Part shown: one piece after another, positions 1 to 10,720 of the stretch
Position numbering within the stretch: the first letter of the stretch is position 1
Layout of the letters: each line of letters opens with the position of its first letter
Origin: an uncultured delta proteobacterium
GTDB taxonomy: Bacteria; Desulfobacterota; Binatia; Binatales; Binataceae
Assembly: GCA_963842085.1 (NCBI GenBank)
Contig: CAWJET010000002.1
Coordinates: 1,600,001-1,664,000 of the forward strand
DNA length: 64,000 nt
Reading direction: 5' to 3'
Notes under the pieces: model-generated
The model's input: only the letters and a program-made list of their open reading frames with translations
Told to the model about the DNA's origin: nothing
Database searches by the model: none
Translations under genes and position numbers: made by a program

Positions 1-158
1 TTCCTGGACATTGATGCATTAGGCGCCACAGGAATGTAGCGATCGGATACAGCAGGCCGTTGCTTGGGGGGTTTTCCAGTTGCTTTAAAACTGGCAAGGA
101 GTTGCTGAGTATCACAGGCGAACGGAGCAAGAATCAGCCCGTCTACTCCTGAGAGTGC

Positions 159-368
159 GTGACCATGCCGGACCGGCTCGATCTAACGGATACAGCGTGC
201 ATGGCGGCCAAGCGCGCTGGAGTGAAACTGGTGATATCAAGCGATTCGCACTCGACGCGCGAGTTCGACTCGCTCGTCTACGGAGTCAATCAGGCGCGGC
301 GCGGCTGGTTAGAAGCGGCCGATGTGTTGAATACGCGTCCGCTCAAGTCGCTGCATTTGCGGAGTTAG
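159..368 (+). pseudogene. C-terminal PHP-domain fragment of PolX/PHP-family DNA polymerase
   Basis: PDRLDL...ISSDSH...GVNQARRGWL...VLNTR matches the PolX-PHP C-terminus; the rest of the gene is absent upstream. Confidence 0.7.
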
Positions 369-440
369 ACGAGCGGTGAAAATTCCAATTAGAAACTCGA
401 TGGCGGAAGAGACGCTGCCGGACCCTCAGGAGACGGTCCC

Positions 441-866
441 ATGAAACAACTCTTTAAGACTATCGTCTGCCCGATCGATCTCGAGGCTCACATGAAGAGT
501 GCTCTTGAAATGGCTCGGCAACTGGCCGAACAAAACGCAGCAAGGGTATGCCTGATTCATGTCGTCACTCCGCAGTTGCCCGGTCCCATAGAGCCGGCTC
601 CGGGGTGGGAGAACAAAGCCCAGAGGAAACTTGACGCTATCGCGAGAGAAAATTTCGGCGACAAGGTTCAGTGGCAGGCCAGTATAGTTAAAGGCGAAGC
701 GAGTTCGGCAATTATCCGAGCCGCCAAGCAACTCGGCGCTGATCTGATAGTGATGGCAACGCACAGGTACACCGGCCTGAACCGGGTGCTTCTTGGGAGT
801 GTCACGGAACTGGTCGTTCGAGAATCGCCGATTCCCGTCCTCACACTTGGACCTGAGCGCAACTAA
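441..866 (+). CDS. Universal stress protein (USP)
   Basis: TIVCPID N-terminus; ADLIVMATH...LLGSVTELVVRESPIPVL motif. Confidence 0.93.
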   Translation: MKQLFKTIVCPIDLEAHMKSALEMARQLAEQNAARVCLIHVVTPQLPGPIEPAPGWENKAQRKLDAIARENFGDKVQWQASIVKGEASSAIIRAAKQLGADLIVMATHRYTGLNRVLLGSVTELVVRESPIPVLTLGPERN

Positions 867-944
867 AGAACGCATCGGCCGTCCACCAGCGGAATTACGG
901 AATTTTTCGGGGTTGGAAGTTCGAGAATCTCTGATTCAAGCAGC

Positions 945-2381
945 ATGGAATTAGTCAAGATCAACGATCATCTTTGGGAGATTCCCAGAACTGGCGCGAT
1001 GCTGGTCCCCGGGCGTATCTATGCCAACGCGCGGATGATCGCGGAGTTGCGAGATGATCCGGCGCTTGGCCAGGTCGCCAACGTTGCCTGTCTGCCCGGC
1101 ATCGTGGGTTACTCGCTGGCGATGCCCGACATTCATTGGGGCTATGGCTTTCCGATCGGCGGCGTAGCGGCCCTCGATGCTGACGTCGGTGTAATCTCGC
1201 CAGGGGGCGTCGGCTACGACATTAACTGCGGCGTGCGCTTGGCGCGTACAAATCTCGATTTCAAGTCGGTGCAGCCGCGAATCGATCGCCTTGCCGATGC
1301 ACTCTTCACAGAGATTCCCGCCGGCGTCGGCTCCGAGGGCGCGATTCCCGGCTTGTCGATTCAAGAACTCAAGCAAGTCGCCCGAGACGGCGCGCATTGG
1401 GCACTTGACCATGGATATGCCAGCGAGCGCGACCTCGAGCGCACGGAAGAAGGCGGAAGGCTCGAAGGCGCAGATCCTGAGAGCGTAAGCTTGCGCGCGT
1501 ACCAACGAGGATCGAAACAGATCGGCACACTAGGTTCCGGCAATCACTTCCTTGAAATCAGCCGCGTCGATCAAATTCATGACATCGAGGCTGCCGAAGC
1601 ACTAGGATTGGCGATGGATCAGGTTACGGTTCTCATCCACTCGGGCTCGCGCGGCCTGGGCCATCAGACCTGCGACGACTATCTGAAAACCGTCGAGCGG
1701 GCGATGACGCGCTACGAAATCAGACTCCCCGATCGTCAGTTAGCCGCGGCTCCGATCGACTCGCCCGAAGGGCAGGCGTACTTGGGCGCGATGGCAGCCG
1801 CTGCCAACTTCGCCTGGTGCAACCGGCAGGTCATGATGCACCTGGCGGAGCAGGCTTTCATCGAAGCGCTGTCAGTTAGTCCAAAAGAGTTGGGCTTCTC
1901 GCTGGTGTACGACGTCTGCCATAACATCGCCAAATTCGAAGAGCACATCGTGGACGGGCGCAAGCGCCGCCTTTGCGTGCATCGCAAGGGCGCGACACGG
2001 GCGTTCGCGCGCGGGAATCTCGCTCTGCCAGAGGCGCTGCGTCCGCTGGGTCAGCCCGTGCTGATCCCCGGCGATATGAGCCGCTACTCGTTCGTGCTTT
2101 TGGGACTAGAAGCGGCGATGCGCGAGACGTTCGGCTCGTCCTGCCATGGCGCGGGGCGGGTGATGAGCCGAATGAAAGCCAAGAAAGAGGGCCGCGGACG
2201 CGACCTGAGCGCCGAATTGAGAGCGGAGGGTATCACGGTGCGTGCCCACAGCCGCAGCGGAATTGCCGAGGAGATGCCCTACGCATACAAGGACGTGGCG
2301 GAGGTTGTCGAGGTTATGGAAGCGGCAGGGGTGACGCGCCGGGTCGCACGACTCAAACCTTTCGCCGTCATAAAAGGCTGA
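945..2381 (+). CDS. rtcB: RtcB-family RNA ligase
   Basis: MPDIHWGYGFPIGG, GYDINCG, GSGNHF, HSGSRG, HNIA, HRKGAT and HGAGR motifs; 478 aa. Confidence 0.97.
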   Translation: MELVKINDHLWEIPRTGAMLVPGRIYANARMIAELRDDPALGQVANVACLPGIVGYSLAMPDIHWGYGFPIGGVAALDADVGVISPGGVGYDINCGVRLARTNLDFKSVQPRIDRLADALFTEIPAGVGSEGAIPGLSIQELKQVARDGAHWALDHGYASERDLERTEEGGRLEGADPESVSLRAYQRGSKQIGTLGSGNHFLEISRVDQIHDIEAAEALGLAMDQVTVLIHSGSRGLGHQTCDDYLKTVERAMTRYEIRLPDRQLAAAPIDSPEGQAYLGAMAAAANFAWCNRQVMMHLAEQAFIEALSVSPKELGFSLVYDVCHNIAKFEEHIVDGRKRRLCVHRKGATRAFARGNLALPEALRPLGQPVLIPGDMSRYSFVLLGLEAAMRETFGSSCHGAGRVMSRMKAKKEGRGRDLSAELRAEGITVRAHSRSGIAEEMPYAYKDVAEVVEVMEAAGVTRRVARLKPFAVIKG

Positions 2382-2818
2382 TGTCCCCGAAACGCAACGA
2401 CGATGCGCCGCTATTCCGCGAGTTCGAGCACACTGGCGACGTTGGGATCGAGTTGAATGCTCCCAGCCGAGCCGGGCTGTTCCGGCGCGCGTGCGTCGCG
2501 CTCGCTTCTCTTCTGGTAAAGACAAGCGACGTCGAGCGGTCCGAAAAGCGGACTGTAAGGGTCCAAGCCGAGACCGATTCGGACCTGATGCACGATCTGC
2601 TCACTGAACTGCTCTGCCTTTTCACCGTGGAGAATTTCATCTGGCGCGATGCGTCGGTCAGGGAAGATCACGGATCTCTGCGCGTCACGCTGGAAGGCGA
2701 GCATTTCGATCCATCGCGTCACTCGTTTCGCGGCGAGATCAAAGCGGTGACTTATCATGAACTCGCGGTGACGAATTCATCCAAGGGATGGCGCGCGCGC
2801 GTAATCTTCGATGTGTAA
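2381..2818 (+). CDS. Archease (RtcB activator)
   Basis: EHTGD...IKAVTYH...VIFDV motifs; ATG at 2381 overlaps the rtcB stop. Confidence 0.93.
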   Translation: MSPKRNDDAPLFREFEHTGDVGIELNAPSRAGLFRRACVALASLLVKTSDVERSEKRTVRVQAETDSDLMHDLLTELLCLFTVENFIWRDASVREDHGSLRVTLEGEHFDPSRHSFRGEIKAVTYHELAVTNSSKGWRARVIFDV

Positions 2819-2965
2819 ATGGCAGCTGCTACGCACCCGCGCGAGTATCTGATCGTCCCTCGGTGAATCCAAGAGTCCAGACTTTTCGCTGCTTTCGGAA
2901 TTTTTGGTAAGCACACCTGCTCAATCGCACGCGCTGGGTTGGACTCATGGCTGCTCGCTACTCGG

Positions 2966-3925
2966 CTACTTACCGCGCACGATCGAGCTTGGGTTGCGTT
3001 CGAGATAGTCGGTCAGCTCGCGCATCGAGCGTGCCGAGCGGGACACCTCGATTAGGGTTTGGTTGAGCTGGTAGGCGAGCGGCGCCTGCGGATCGAAGGT
3101 CGCTTGGAGATTGGCAAGGGTGGCTTGCGCCTGCGCCAGAGTCGCATTTGCCTTGTCGGCCGTCTGGCGCAAGCTCTGGGCCAGCGGGCCGGTTTGCGCG
3201 TTCATGTTGTTGGCGAGGCGGCGAACGCTTGACGCGGTAGCTGCCAGCTCCGCCGAAGCCTCTGCTAGATTGGCCACGGCATCCTGCAATTGCTGCGAGG
3301 TCGTAAACTTTTTTAGCGCCTCCAGCGTCGCACTCAGGTCGGACAACGCCTTGTCGAAATCGGCTCGTTGCAGATGCTCAAGAATCTGCGTGACCGTAAC
3401 TTGCGCCTGCTCTAGCGCAGTCGGAATCGTCGGAATTTCTACGTACTCCTCGTTCTGCTGCTGCACAAAGTTGGCGGGTGTGTCGGGCAGCATCTCGAGG
3501 TCTACGTACAGAATCCCCGTCAGGAGACTTTCCATCGCCAGCACGCCACGCAATCCGTGCTGCACGGCGCGCTTGATATGCTCTGGGTCGGCCAAATCGG
3601 TGTTACGGACGCCGCGCGTGCGCATTCTCTTCTCGTCGAGCTCGACGATCACCGCGATTTTGACTTTTGCTGGAATTTCCTCCACCGGCTCGCCGTGCGG
3701 ATTGAAGCCGAGCTGAATTTCCTTGACCGTGCCGACAGGCACACCTTCCATCTTCACAGCCGCCCCCACCAGTAGGCCGTTCACGCTGCCCGAAAAATAC
3801 ATCACGTATTGCTGGGTCTTTCGGAAGAGGCGTCCCGAGCCAAGCGCGATGATCGTGATGACGACGATCGCGATGGCTCCGACCAAGAATGCTCCGATCA
3901 GCGTCGGGCTTACGCGCCTACCCAT
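2966..3925 (-). CDS. mlaD: MlaD/MCE-family substrate-binding protein
   Basis: N-terminal TM (IGAFLVGA), FSGSVNGL..GA.V...GVPVG MCE motif, C-terminal LERNPSS; likely start MGRRVSP at 3925. Confidence 0.85.
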   Translation of the reverse strand: MGRRVSPTLIGAFLVGAIAIVVITIIALGSGRLFRKTQQYVMYFSGSVNGLLVGAAVKMEGVPVGTVKEIQLGFNPHGEPVEEIPAKVKIAVIVELDEKRMRTRGVRNTDLADPEHIKRAVQHGLRGVLAMESLLTGILYVDLEMLPDTPANFVQQQNEEYVEIPTIPTALEQAQVTVTQILEHLQRADFDKALSDLSATLEALKKFTTSQQLQDAVANLAEASAELAATASSVRRLANNMNAQTGPLAQSLRQTADKANATLAQAQATLANLQATFDPQAPLAYQLNQTLIEVSRSARSMRELTDYLERNPSSIVRGK

Positions 3926-4739
3926 CGGTCCGAGCCTCCGCGCGCTCTTCGAAGTCAGGACGGAGAAATCTTTGTACAGCCGGAATGTCGCAATGGTCGC
4001 GCAGTTCGCGCGGATCGCCTTGCGCAATCATCCGGCGCGATATCCCATCGAGGAACACGGAGTTGTTTGCGATCATGAAGATGCTGGCGAGGTCATGCGT
4101 GACGACCATGATCGTCGCGCCCAGACTGTCGCGGAGCTCGATGATCAGTTCATTGAGGAGTCGGGTGCTTATCGGATCGAGTCCCGCCGACGGCTCGTCA
4201 AAGAAGAGCACGTCCGGATCCAGCGCCATGGCGCGCGCCAGCGCGGCGCGTTTCTGCATGCCGCCGCTGATTTGGCTTGGATAATACTCTTCGAAACCCT
4301 TAAGTCCGACCAAAGCGAGCTTGAGCCGCGCGATTTCACGAATCTCGTCCTCGCTCAGATCGGTGAACTCGCCGAGCGGCAATCCGATGTTCTCTGCGAG
4401 TGTCATCGAACTCCAGAGCGCACCTGACTGATAGGTTACCCCGAAGCGCCGGAGCATCCGCTGGCGTTCCTCCGCTGACGCTCGGGTGAAGCTCACTCCT
4501 TCGTACAGGATTTCGCCGCGCGCCGGCTCGAGCAGCCCGATCATGTGACGCAGCAGCGTAGACTTGCCACATCCGCTCCCGCCCATCACAGTGACGATTT
4601 CACCGCGACGCACGATGAAGTTCAGGTCGCGCATCACCACAAAGTCGCCAAACGCCATTGTGAGGTCGCGAACTTCGATTCGCGCCTTGGAGGTGTCGGT
4701 GCGTGCCAGCGTCGCGCCTGCTTCGTTCGGTTTCGCCAT
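3918..4739 (-). CDS. mlaF: MlaF-type ABC transporter ATP-binding protein
   Basis: GGSGCGKS Walker A, SGGMQKR signature, FFDEPSAGLDP. Confidence 0.9.
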   Translation of the reverse strand: MAKPNEAGATLARTDTSKARIEVRDLTMAFGDFVVMRDLNFIVRRGEIVTVMGGSGCGKSTLLRHMIGLLEPARGEILYEGVSFTRASAEERQRMLRRFGVTYQSGALWSSMTLAENIGLPLGEFTDLSEDEIREIARLKLALVGLKGFEEYYPSQISGGMQKRAALARAMALDPDVLFFDEPSAGLDPISTRLLNELIIELRDSLGATIMVVTHDLASIFMIANNSVFLDGISRRMIAQGDPRELRDHCDIPAVQRFLRPDFEERAEARTDG

Positions 4740-4752
4740 TCGCTGTCCGGGC

Positions 4753-5904
4753 TCATATACCAAGCGCGTGATAGATGAACGCAAAGATGCCGCACGCAAT
4801 GACAATCATCACGATTCCGGTCGCGACCGCTGCGGTGGTCGCCTCGCCGACCGCCGACGAACTGCTGCCGCATTGAAATCCGCGCATGCATCCGGATAGC
4901 GCCACCAGCGCGCCGTAAACGGTGGCCTTGACGAGTCCGCCAATTATGTAACCTGCGGTTATCGAGCGGGCGGTTTCGTGCAAATAGACGGTCAGCGAAA
5001 TACCGAGCATCAGCGATCCGATGGTCGCACCGCCAAAGATGGCGATCAGATCCGAGTAGAGGCACAGCAGCGGCATCATCAATGTCAGCGCGATCATGCG
5101 GGGCAGCACGAGAAACTCGAGCGGCGAAATTCCCATCGTCGACAGCGCGTCGATTTCCTCGGTCACCTTCATCGTGCCGAGCGCCGCCGCGAACGCGGCT
5201 CCGGTGCGCCCGGCCATGATGATCGCCGTCATCATCGCGCCCATCTCGCGTGTGACGCCGATTCCAACCAGGTCGGCGACGTAGATTTGAGCGCCGAACT
5301 GACGGAGTTGGATCGCGCCCATGAAGGCCAAGATGATTCCGACCAGGTAGCTGATTAGCGCGACGATTCCGAGCGCGTCCGCGCCGCACTGCTGAATCGC
5401 GAGCATCAAGTCCGACCTGCGAAAGCGAGCCTGCCCGCGCATCATTCGGCCGAACGCAAGGATCACTTCTCCGATGAAATCCAGAGAGTCGGCGACCGAT
5501 TGACCGTAACCGATACTGACGGTACCAAGGCGCTCGAGAATCCCAGCGTGCCGAACCTCGCGGCGCGCACCTTCCGTTTCGGGCACCGCTCGCGCCAAAT
5601 CGAGCAGGCGTTGTACGCCCTCGGGCAAGCCGGCGCGGTCGACGGCGATCGAGCGCACATCGCAAGCTTCGATCAGTACTTCTACATAAGCGACGAGCCC
5701 GCTTCCCCACCCGCGCAGAGCGGTGGTGTCGAAGGTGATTCGTGCGGGGCGTGGCGCAGTGTCGAGTACTCTTTCGAACGGCACATCGGCCACGCCGGCG
5801 AGGTGGAGGCGCCACTCGCCCGCGAGCCGAACCATCACGCTCGCGTCAGTCGTGCGCGAAAACGAAACGTGAGCGGAGGCGGCGGTGCTTGGGGAAGAAA
5901 CCAT
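4753..5904 (-). CDS. mlaE: MlaE-family ABC permease with N-terminal STAS-like domain
   Basis: REMGAMMTAIIMAGRTGAAFAA.LGTMKVTEEIDAL motif. Confidence 0.9.
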   Translation of the reverse strand: MVSSPSTAASAHVSFSRTTDASVMVRLAGEWRLHLAGVADVPFERVLDTAPRPARITFDTTALRGWGSGLVAYVEVLIEACDVRSIAVDRAGLPEGVQRLLDLARAVPETEGARREVRHAGILERLGTVSIGYGQSVADSLDFIGEVILAFGRMMRGQARFRRSDLMLAIQQCGADALGIVALISYLVGIILAFMGAIQLRQFGAQIYVADLVGIGVTREMGAMMTAIIMAGRTGAAFAAALGTMKVTEEIDALSTMGISPLEFLVLPRMIALTLMMPLLCLYSDLIAIFGGATIGSLMLGISLTVYLHETARSITAGYIIGGLVKATVYGALVALSGCMRGFQCGSSSSAVGEATTAAVATGIVMIVIACGIFAFIYHALGI

Positions 5905-5915
5905 TGGCTTTCAGG

Positions 5916-5985
5916 TGTGCTTATTCAAAACCTCAACCCCGGACATATTGGTGCAAAGCTGGCCGAGGATTGGCATCGCCGTGAC
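5916..5985 (-). mobile_element. Terminal remnant of an rve-integrase (IS481-like) element
   Basis: Degenerate PILGGLHHxY C-terminus followed by end GGTTTTGAATAAGCACA; near-identical ends at 47227 and 53249-53265. Confidence 0.55.
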
Positions 5986-6710
5986 GCTAACAAAACTCGT
6001 GCGCCCGCTGAATATCTGTAGCATCTTTATTTTCGCAGTTGCGAGAATCTCCCCAGACAGTTCGTCGCGGTCTGTACGCCTCTTGCTGCCGCAAGAGCCG
6101 AAGCATTGCTCTTGCCTTAAAGTTGCCGATCGGCGGATAGACTTTTTCAGGGTCAAGATGACGAAGCGCCAGAGAATCGCGTCGAGCATCCAAGAGGGAG
6201 CGGTGCGGGACTGAATATTACCGATGGCTTCGGCTTCCCTAGTCCGTAATCCTCACACTCAACATAGGGCTCGATGATGTGTCGACCTTCGATGCCTTAC
6301 CTCTCTGGCATTGCTCCATTGCTTTGGTCGACTCGAGTGGCGCTCTCCTGGCGCTTTATCTCTGGAACGACAACGCATTCGTGAAGTGTCAGCGATTGTT
6401 TAAACATGAACTTCTTGCCGGCATTGGTGATCCGGCGCTAGAGCCGGTTGAGATTGTCGAATGCGCGCTTCACCTCTGCCGATGCTGCTCTGATCCGGAA
6501 ACCGAAGAACTGAATTCCGGGGCGCTTGGCCTCAGTCTCAGGACCACGCAGGCTGGAACTGAACAGCGTCATTACGTTTCGGCCGAGTCGTAAACCAAAC
6601 GATCACCGGCGCTCGGGATTTCAGTGCCTCGACGCGACGCGCAAACTTGACTCTTGCAGGTGCCGATGTGTGAACGAGAATTATCGATCGCGAATGTGAG
6701 CCCGCGCCTA

Positions 6711-6929
6711 TCATCCTCTCTTCCTTGTTTCCGCGCACCGTTTCTTCATCGCAAGTGATATTCGCTTCCTGGCCGCTGCAGACATGCGGCGGCGGGATGC
6801 CTCAGCTTTTGCTCTACGTGCTTTACGTGGAGTCGCTGCGGGCGATGCTGCTCCCGCCAGAGCTGCGATCGCGCGCACAAGCCGGTCTCGTTGGCTCTTC
6901 AATTCCGCTACGATGCCATCAAGATTCAC
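6711..6929 (-). CDS. Small basic coiled-coil/histone-like protein
   Basis: IVAELKSQRDRL..AIAAL followed by K/R-rich RRRMSAAARKRIS.AMKKR; GGAGG RBS upstream. Confidence 0.6.
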   Translation of the reverse strand: MNLDGIVAELKSQRDRLVRAIAALAGAASPAATPRKARRAKAEASRRRMSAAARKRISLAMKKRCAETRKRG

Positions 6930-7384
6930 GAATGTACCTCCCCATGGGCCCGGCGCTCGAGGTCGTCTAAGGCGACGATAACGCTGAGCGCGCTTCGCTG
7001 AATAGGTCTATAAGCTGACAAAAGAGTCCACAACGTTCAACGTTTCGGCGCAGAGCCCATTGAAGGGCAAGTTTCACCCTGCGCCAAATAAATTTATTGG
7101 CCCGCTTTTTTTCGCAAATCACTGAACTCCAATCCTGAGCCGCCCCTTTCCCACTTTTGAGACCGCGGTACGCGCCTCCTGCTCCCTCAGCGCTCTGCGG
7201 ATACCAGCGCGCCATCGCACCCAACTCAGGAGTGCTTTTCGGCAGGGCCCTAAGATGTATTTTCGCGTGCGCGCGGATTAAATCTTGCGATCGAGTTAAA
7301 GAATACCGAAAGGTCCGTGCTTGCGACCTGGTGCCGCATCCGGCCAACTGGCGGAGCCATCCTGACAATCAGGCATCGGGGGGC

Positions 7385-7987
7385 AGGCCAGCTCTCCCGC
7401 CAGATCACAGAGGCATTTCCGTGGGACACCGCGCCACGCCACCTGCTGCGAGACCGCGACACCTCGTACGGGGGATACTTTCAGGAGCGAGTTCGGGTCA
7501 TGGGGATCACAGAGGTAGTTACGGCGCCACGATCGCCCTGGCAGAATGCCTACGTCCAGCGCGTCATCGGCTCGATTCGCGGCGAGTGTCTCGACCATGT
7601 GGTCGTGATTAACGAGCGGCACCTGCGCCGGGTCCTGATCTCGTACGCCAATTACTATCACCACTGGCGCGCCCATCTGTCGCTTGACAAAGACTGCCCG
7701 GATGCTCGCCCCGTCCAACCGCCAAACCGCGGCAAGGTCATCGCAATTCGCAAGTCGGCGGACTTCACCATCGTTACGAACGCCTCGCCGCCTGACCCTC
7801 TTTTAAGGCAGCGCAATCTCCAATAGTTGCCCTGCGTGGAGACCTTGCCATCGCATGCAAAATCCACATGGGGAATACCAACTACCCGGACTGACCAGCG
7901 CGATCGGGGATCAGGTCATACGTTTCATCGCACAGTACTCGCCGCAACTCGGAATCTCACGCGAAGATGGAGTTTTGCGCAACCACA
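7385..7987 (+). mobile_element. Truncated IS481-like transposase (integrase core) with right end
   Basis: EAFPWDTAPRHLLRDRD, PRSPWQNAYV.R.IGSIR.ECLDH; ends GATGGAGTTTTGCGCAACCACA. Confidence 0.8.
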
Positions 7988-8249
7988 AGAGGTTCTGCGT
8001 TAATCCCTTCCTTGCGGCACAACTCGGCCACACTGTCCTCGCCGCGCAGGCTCACGATCCTGACCTTGTCCTCGGCCGAGAAGTGCCGCCGGGTCGGCGC
8101 GCCTTATATCGCGTACCGCCTTCTCCGCCTCTTACGACTGCGTATCGATTTTCGATCTCATCTCCCGCTCCTTCCGCGGTTAAAGATGAGCCAAAAATCC
8201 TCTCTTCCTCAATCGTCAGAAACTGTCCAACTTGTGCTGACGGGGAGCA
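7988..8249 (-). mobile_element. Degenerate left-end copy of the IS3 element at 60634-62146
   Basis: Near-identical to ~61880-62146, including the terminal TG.TCCCCGTCAGCACAAGTTGGACA, with indels. Confidence 0.88.
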
Positions 8250-8646
8250 CGGCGAAGGCACGCGGTCGTGTGGTATAAAGAAAAGAATGCGTGCCAGGGC
8301 TCAAGCGGGGACCAAAGCGTACTTGTCAACAGCTGAAATGATCAGACGGTGACTCATACTTCTCACCGAGTAAACTGACCGCGAAGCATGGAGTGGTGGC
8401 GATGAGAAAAGCGCAAAGTATCACGACGTTTCAACGCATTGAGCGTTATCTTGCAGCTGGACACTGAAGCGCGGTCGAGGAGCCGACCCTTTCGATCTCC
8501 TGGGATCAATTGAAATCACGTGAGGTAATTTGAAGGGGGCGCTGCATTTGATTCACCATCGTGGTCGTCGAGTTTTGAGAGACAGTCGAACCTCAAACGT
8601 GCATCGGATTGTGCAGCATCGGCGATCGCTCCCGTCCTGCTTTCTG

Positions 8647-8892
8647 CTAGTGAGTGCGCGAGCGCAGGTAGGCAACGCAGCCGCTTAAGCTGGTCATTTT
8701 GGGATAGTCCGCCTCCGGAATATCGACTCCGGTCGCTTCGTGAATAGCGATCGCGAGGTTCAGGATGTCCATCGAGTCGAGGTCGACTTGTTCGCGCAGA
8801 TCGACCGCCGGGTCGATTTCGCTCAGCTCGACCTCGGGTGCGATCTTGTGCAGCTCGCGCAGGTAGAGCGCTTTTATCTCGTCGTCGGTCAC
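8647..8892 (-). CDS. Acyl carrier protein
   Basis: DLDSMD phosphopantetheine motif, GVDIPEADY. Confidence 0.88.
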   Translation of the reverse strand: MTDDEIKALYLRELHKIAPEVELSEIDPAVDLREQVDLDSMDILNLAIAIHEATGVDIPEADYPKMTSLSGCVAYLRSRTH

Positions 8893-9490
8893 AGCTTCTC
8901 CGGCTCCTGCAATAGACGCTCGATGGCGGCCAGGAACAATGCGCCGCGATGACCGTCGCTCGCGCGATGGTCACCCGACAAGCTCGCCATCACGACGGGC
9001 CGCGCGCCGACCATTCCGCCGCTTGCCCACGGGCGCTCAACAATCTTGCCGAAACCGACCAGCGCAACCTGCGGCGGATAGATGGCTCCGAAGACGGTTT
9101 CGACGCCCTCGTCGCCGAGACTGGTAACGGTGATTGTTGCATCGGCGATCTCGGAACTGCGAAGCATGCCGGCGCGCACGCGCTTTACCAGATCGCGCAG
9201 ACTCACCATGATCTCGCTGAGGCTCTTCTGGTCAACATCGTGAATCGCCGGCGCGATAAGGCCGCCTTGCCGGATCGATATCGCGACGCCGACGTGAACC
9301 GCCGCGCTCGGCTTGAACGCACCATCGATCCAGAAGCCGTTCATCTCCGGTATCTCATGAACGGCGACTGCGACGGCCTTCAGCAGAAGCACGGAGTAGA
9401 GCAGCCTCTCCGTCACCGGCCGCCTAAGGTTCTCCGCCTGCAGCCACCCCATCGCCTTGCTCATGTCGACGTGCGTGCCGAGATAGTAAC
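8889..9490 (-). pseudogene. pdhC: 5'-truncated 2-oxo-acid dehydrogenase E2 (catalytic domain only)
   Basis: [25 protein letters not shown] catalytic motif; lipoyl domain missing. Confidence 0.8.
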
Positions 9491-9612
9491 CCGAGAATTA
9501 GCCGTTCAGAAACCGTTCGAAAGAACCACCAGGCGTTTGGCGGCTGTATCCGAACGCGCCACCTATCGGCATCTATAGCCTGCGTTGCCGTTATTCGACT
9601 TCACTAATGCGA

Positions 9613-9628
9613 TGGCATGATCGATGCT
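9613..9628 (+). promoter_or_regulatory. Putative sigma54 -24/-12 promoter
   Basis: TGGCATGATCGATGCT (GG-N10-GC), ~175 bp upstream of the CBS gene. Confidence 0.55.
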
Positions 9629-9802
9629 GCGCTATAGATCGTGTTGAATCTTGATTACTGCCCTCGCGAACACACGAAGCAAAAATTGGTGCCAAGGAGA
9701 AAGCCAAAGCGCCAGTACTCACCAGCGCATTTCGTACATTCCGCACCTGCGATAGGGCGGGCGTGCAAAATATGAGGGCGACTCCCTCAAAGGAGAATCA
9801 AA

Positions 9803-10399
9803 ATGATAGTTGCTGACTTGATGACCCCAAGCCCGGCGACCGTCGTGCCAAATGATACGCTGGAAGCAGCACGTAAGAAGATGGAAGCCGGCCGATTCCG
9901 ACAGGTTCCAGTAGTGGATCAACAACGGCTAGTCGGTATTCTGACGGACCGTGATATGCGCCAGCATATCGGGCAGCTGGCTCATACGCGGGTCCATGCG
10001 GTTATGAGTGCCCATCCATTTTCGGTCCATCCTTCTACGCCCGTCGAGAAAGCCGCTCACCTGCTGACGGCCAATAAGATTGGCAGTGTTCCTGTGATCG
10101 AGGATGGCAAGCTGGTCGGCATCATAACCGCCACCGACATGCTGCGGGCGCTGGAGGCGGTTCTCGGCGCGAGTTCCGAAGCCACTTCCAGAATTGTTCT
10201 AGATCTGGATGGTTCCGGGGACATATCAGCCGCAATCAGTCTCGTCCGGTCGATTTGTCCTCTCATCAGTGTCGGGACGTACCGACGAAATGACTCGCAA
10301 GATGTGGTTCTATATGTGCTAGTTCCTTCGACCAGCGCCCAACGCGCGGCGCACGAGTTGAACGAATACGGCTTTAAGGTCCTTGCCGTCCGTCAGTGA
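9803..10399 (+). CDS. CBS-domain protein (AcuB-like)
   Basis: Two CBS repeats (LVGILTDRD, LVGIITATD) plus a C-terminal domain; AGGAG RBS. Confidence 0.9.
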   Translation: MIVADLMTPSPATVVPNDTLEAARKKMEAGRFRQVPVVDQQRLVGILTDRDMRQHIGQLAHTRVHAVMSAHPFSVHPSTPVEKAAHLLTANKIGSVPVIEDGKLVGIITATDMLRALEAVLGASSEATSRIVLDLDGSGDISAAISLVRSICPLISVGTYRRNDSQDVVLYVLVPSTSAQRAAHELNEYGFKVLAVRQ

Positions 10400-10491
10400 C
10401 GGAGGCGATAACGTTCCCGCGAGTTGGCCGGGAATGGCGTCTCGATCAAGCCCGTGCCGGAACTTCGCCATCGCGGCAAGATTCGGAGAGG

Positions 10492-10720
10492 ATGGATAAC
10501 TACGAAGTTGCGAAGGTCCTTGATGAAACCGATATGCTGGAGTTGGCGGTCTCAAATTTCTTTCTCGCGCGGGCATCTCGCGACGCGGCTCCAGCGATTC
10601 GCGATCAAACGGTGCAAGTCGCGGATCTGAGCGAAGAACAGATCGATTAAATCCCTGGCATCGGCGACGATCTGGCGGGGAAAATCACGACAATCCTTTA
10701 AAGACTGCAGCCTGGGTCGA
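10492..10720 (+). pseudogene. N-terminal fragment of PolX
   Basis: MDNYEVAKVLDE..MLEL...NFF....R.AA, an internal stop, then IPGIG.DLAGKI (HhH). Confidence 0.65.

Noticed and set aside
1973-2380. N-terminal extension of the 281-aa ORF 1973..2818
   Set aside because: It overlaps rtcB out of frame; archease homology starts at ATG 2381
5987-6593. Short ORFs between mlaE and the basic protein
   Set aside because: No recognisable motifs or RBS; likely decayed sequence
9679-9694. Minus-strand sigma54 promoter TGGCACCAATTTTTGC
   Set aside because: GG-GC spacing is 11 rather than 10; the similar motif near position 92 has spacing 9
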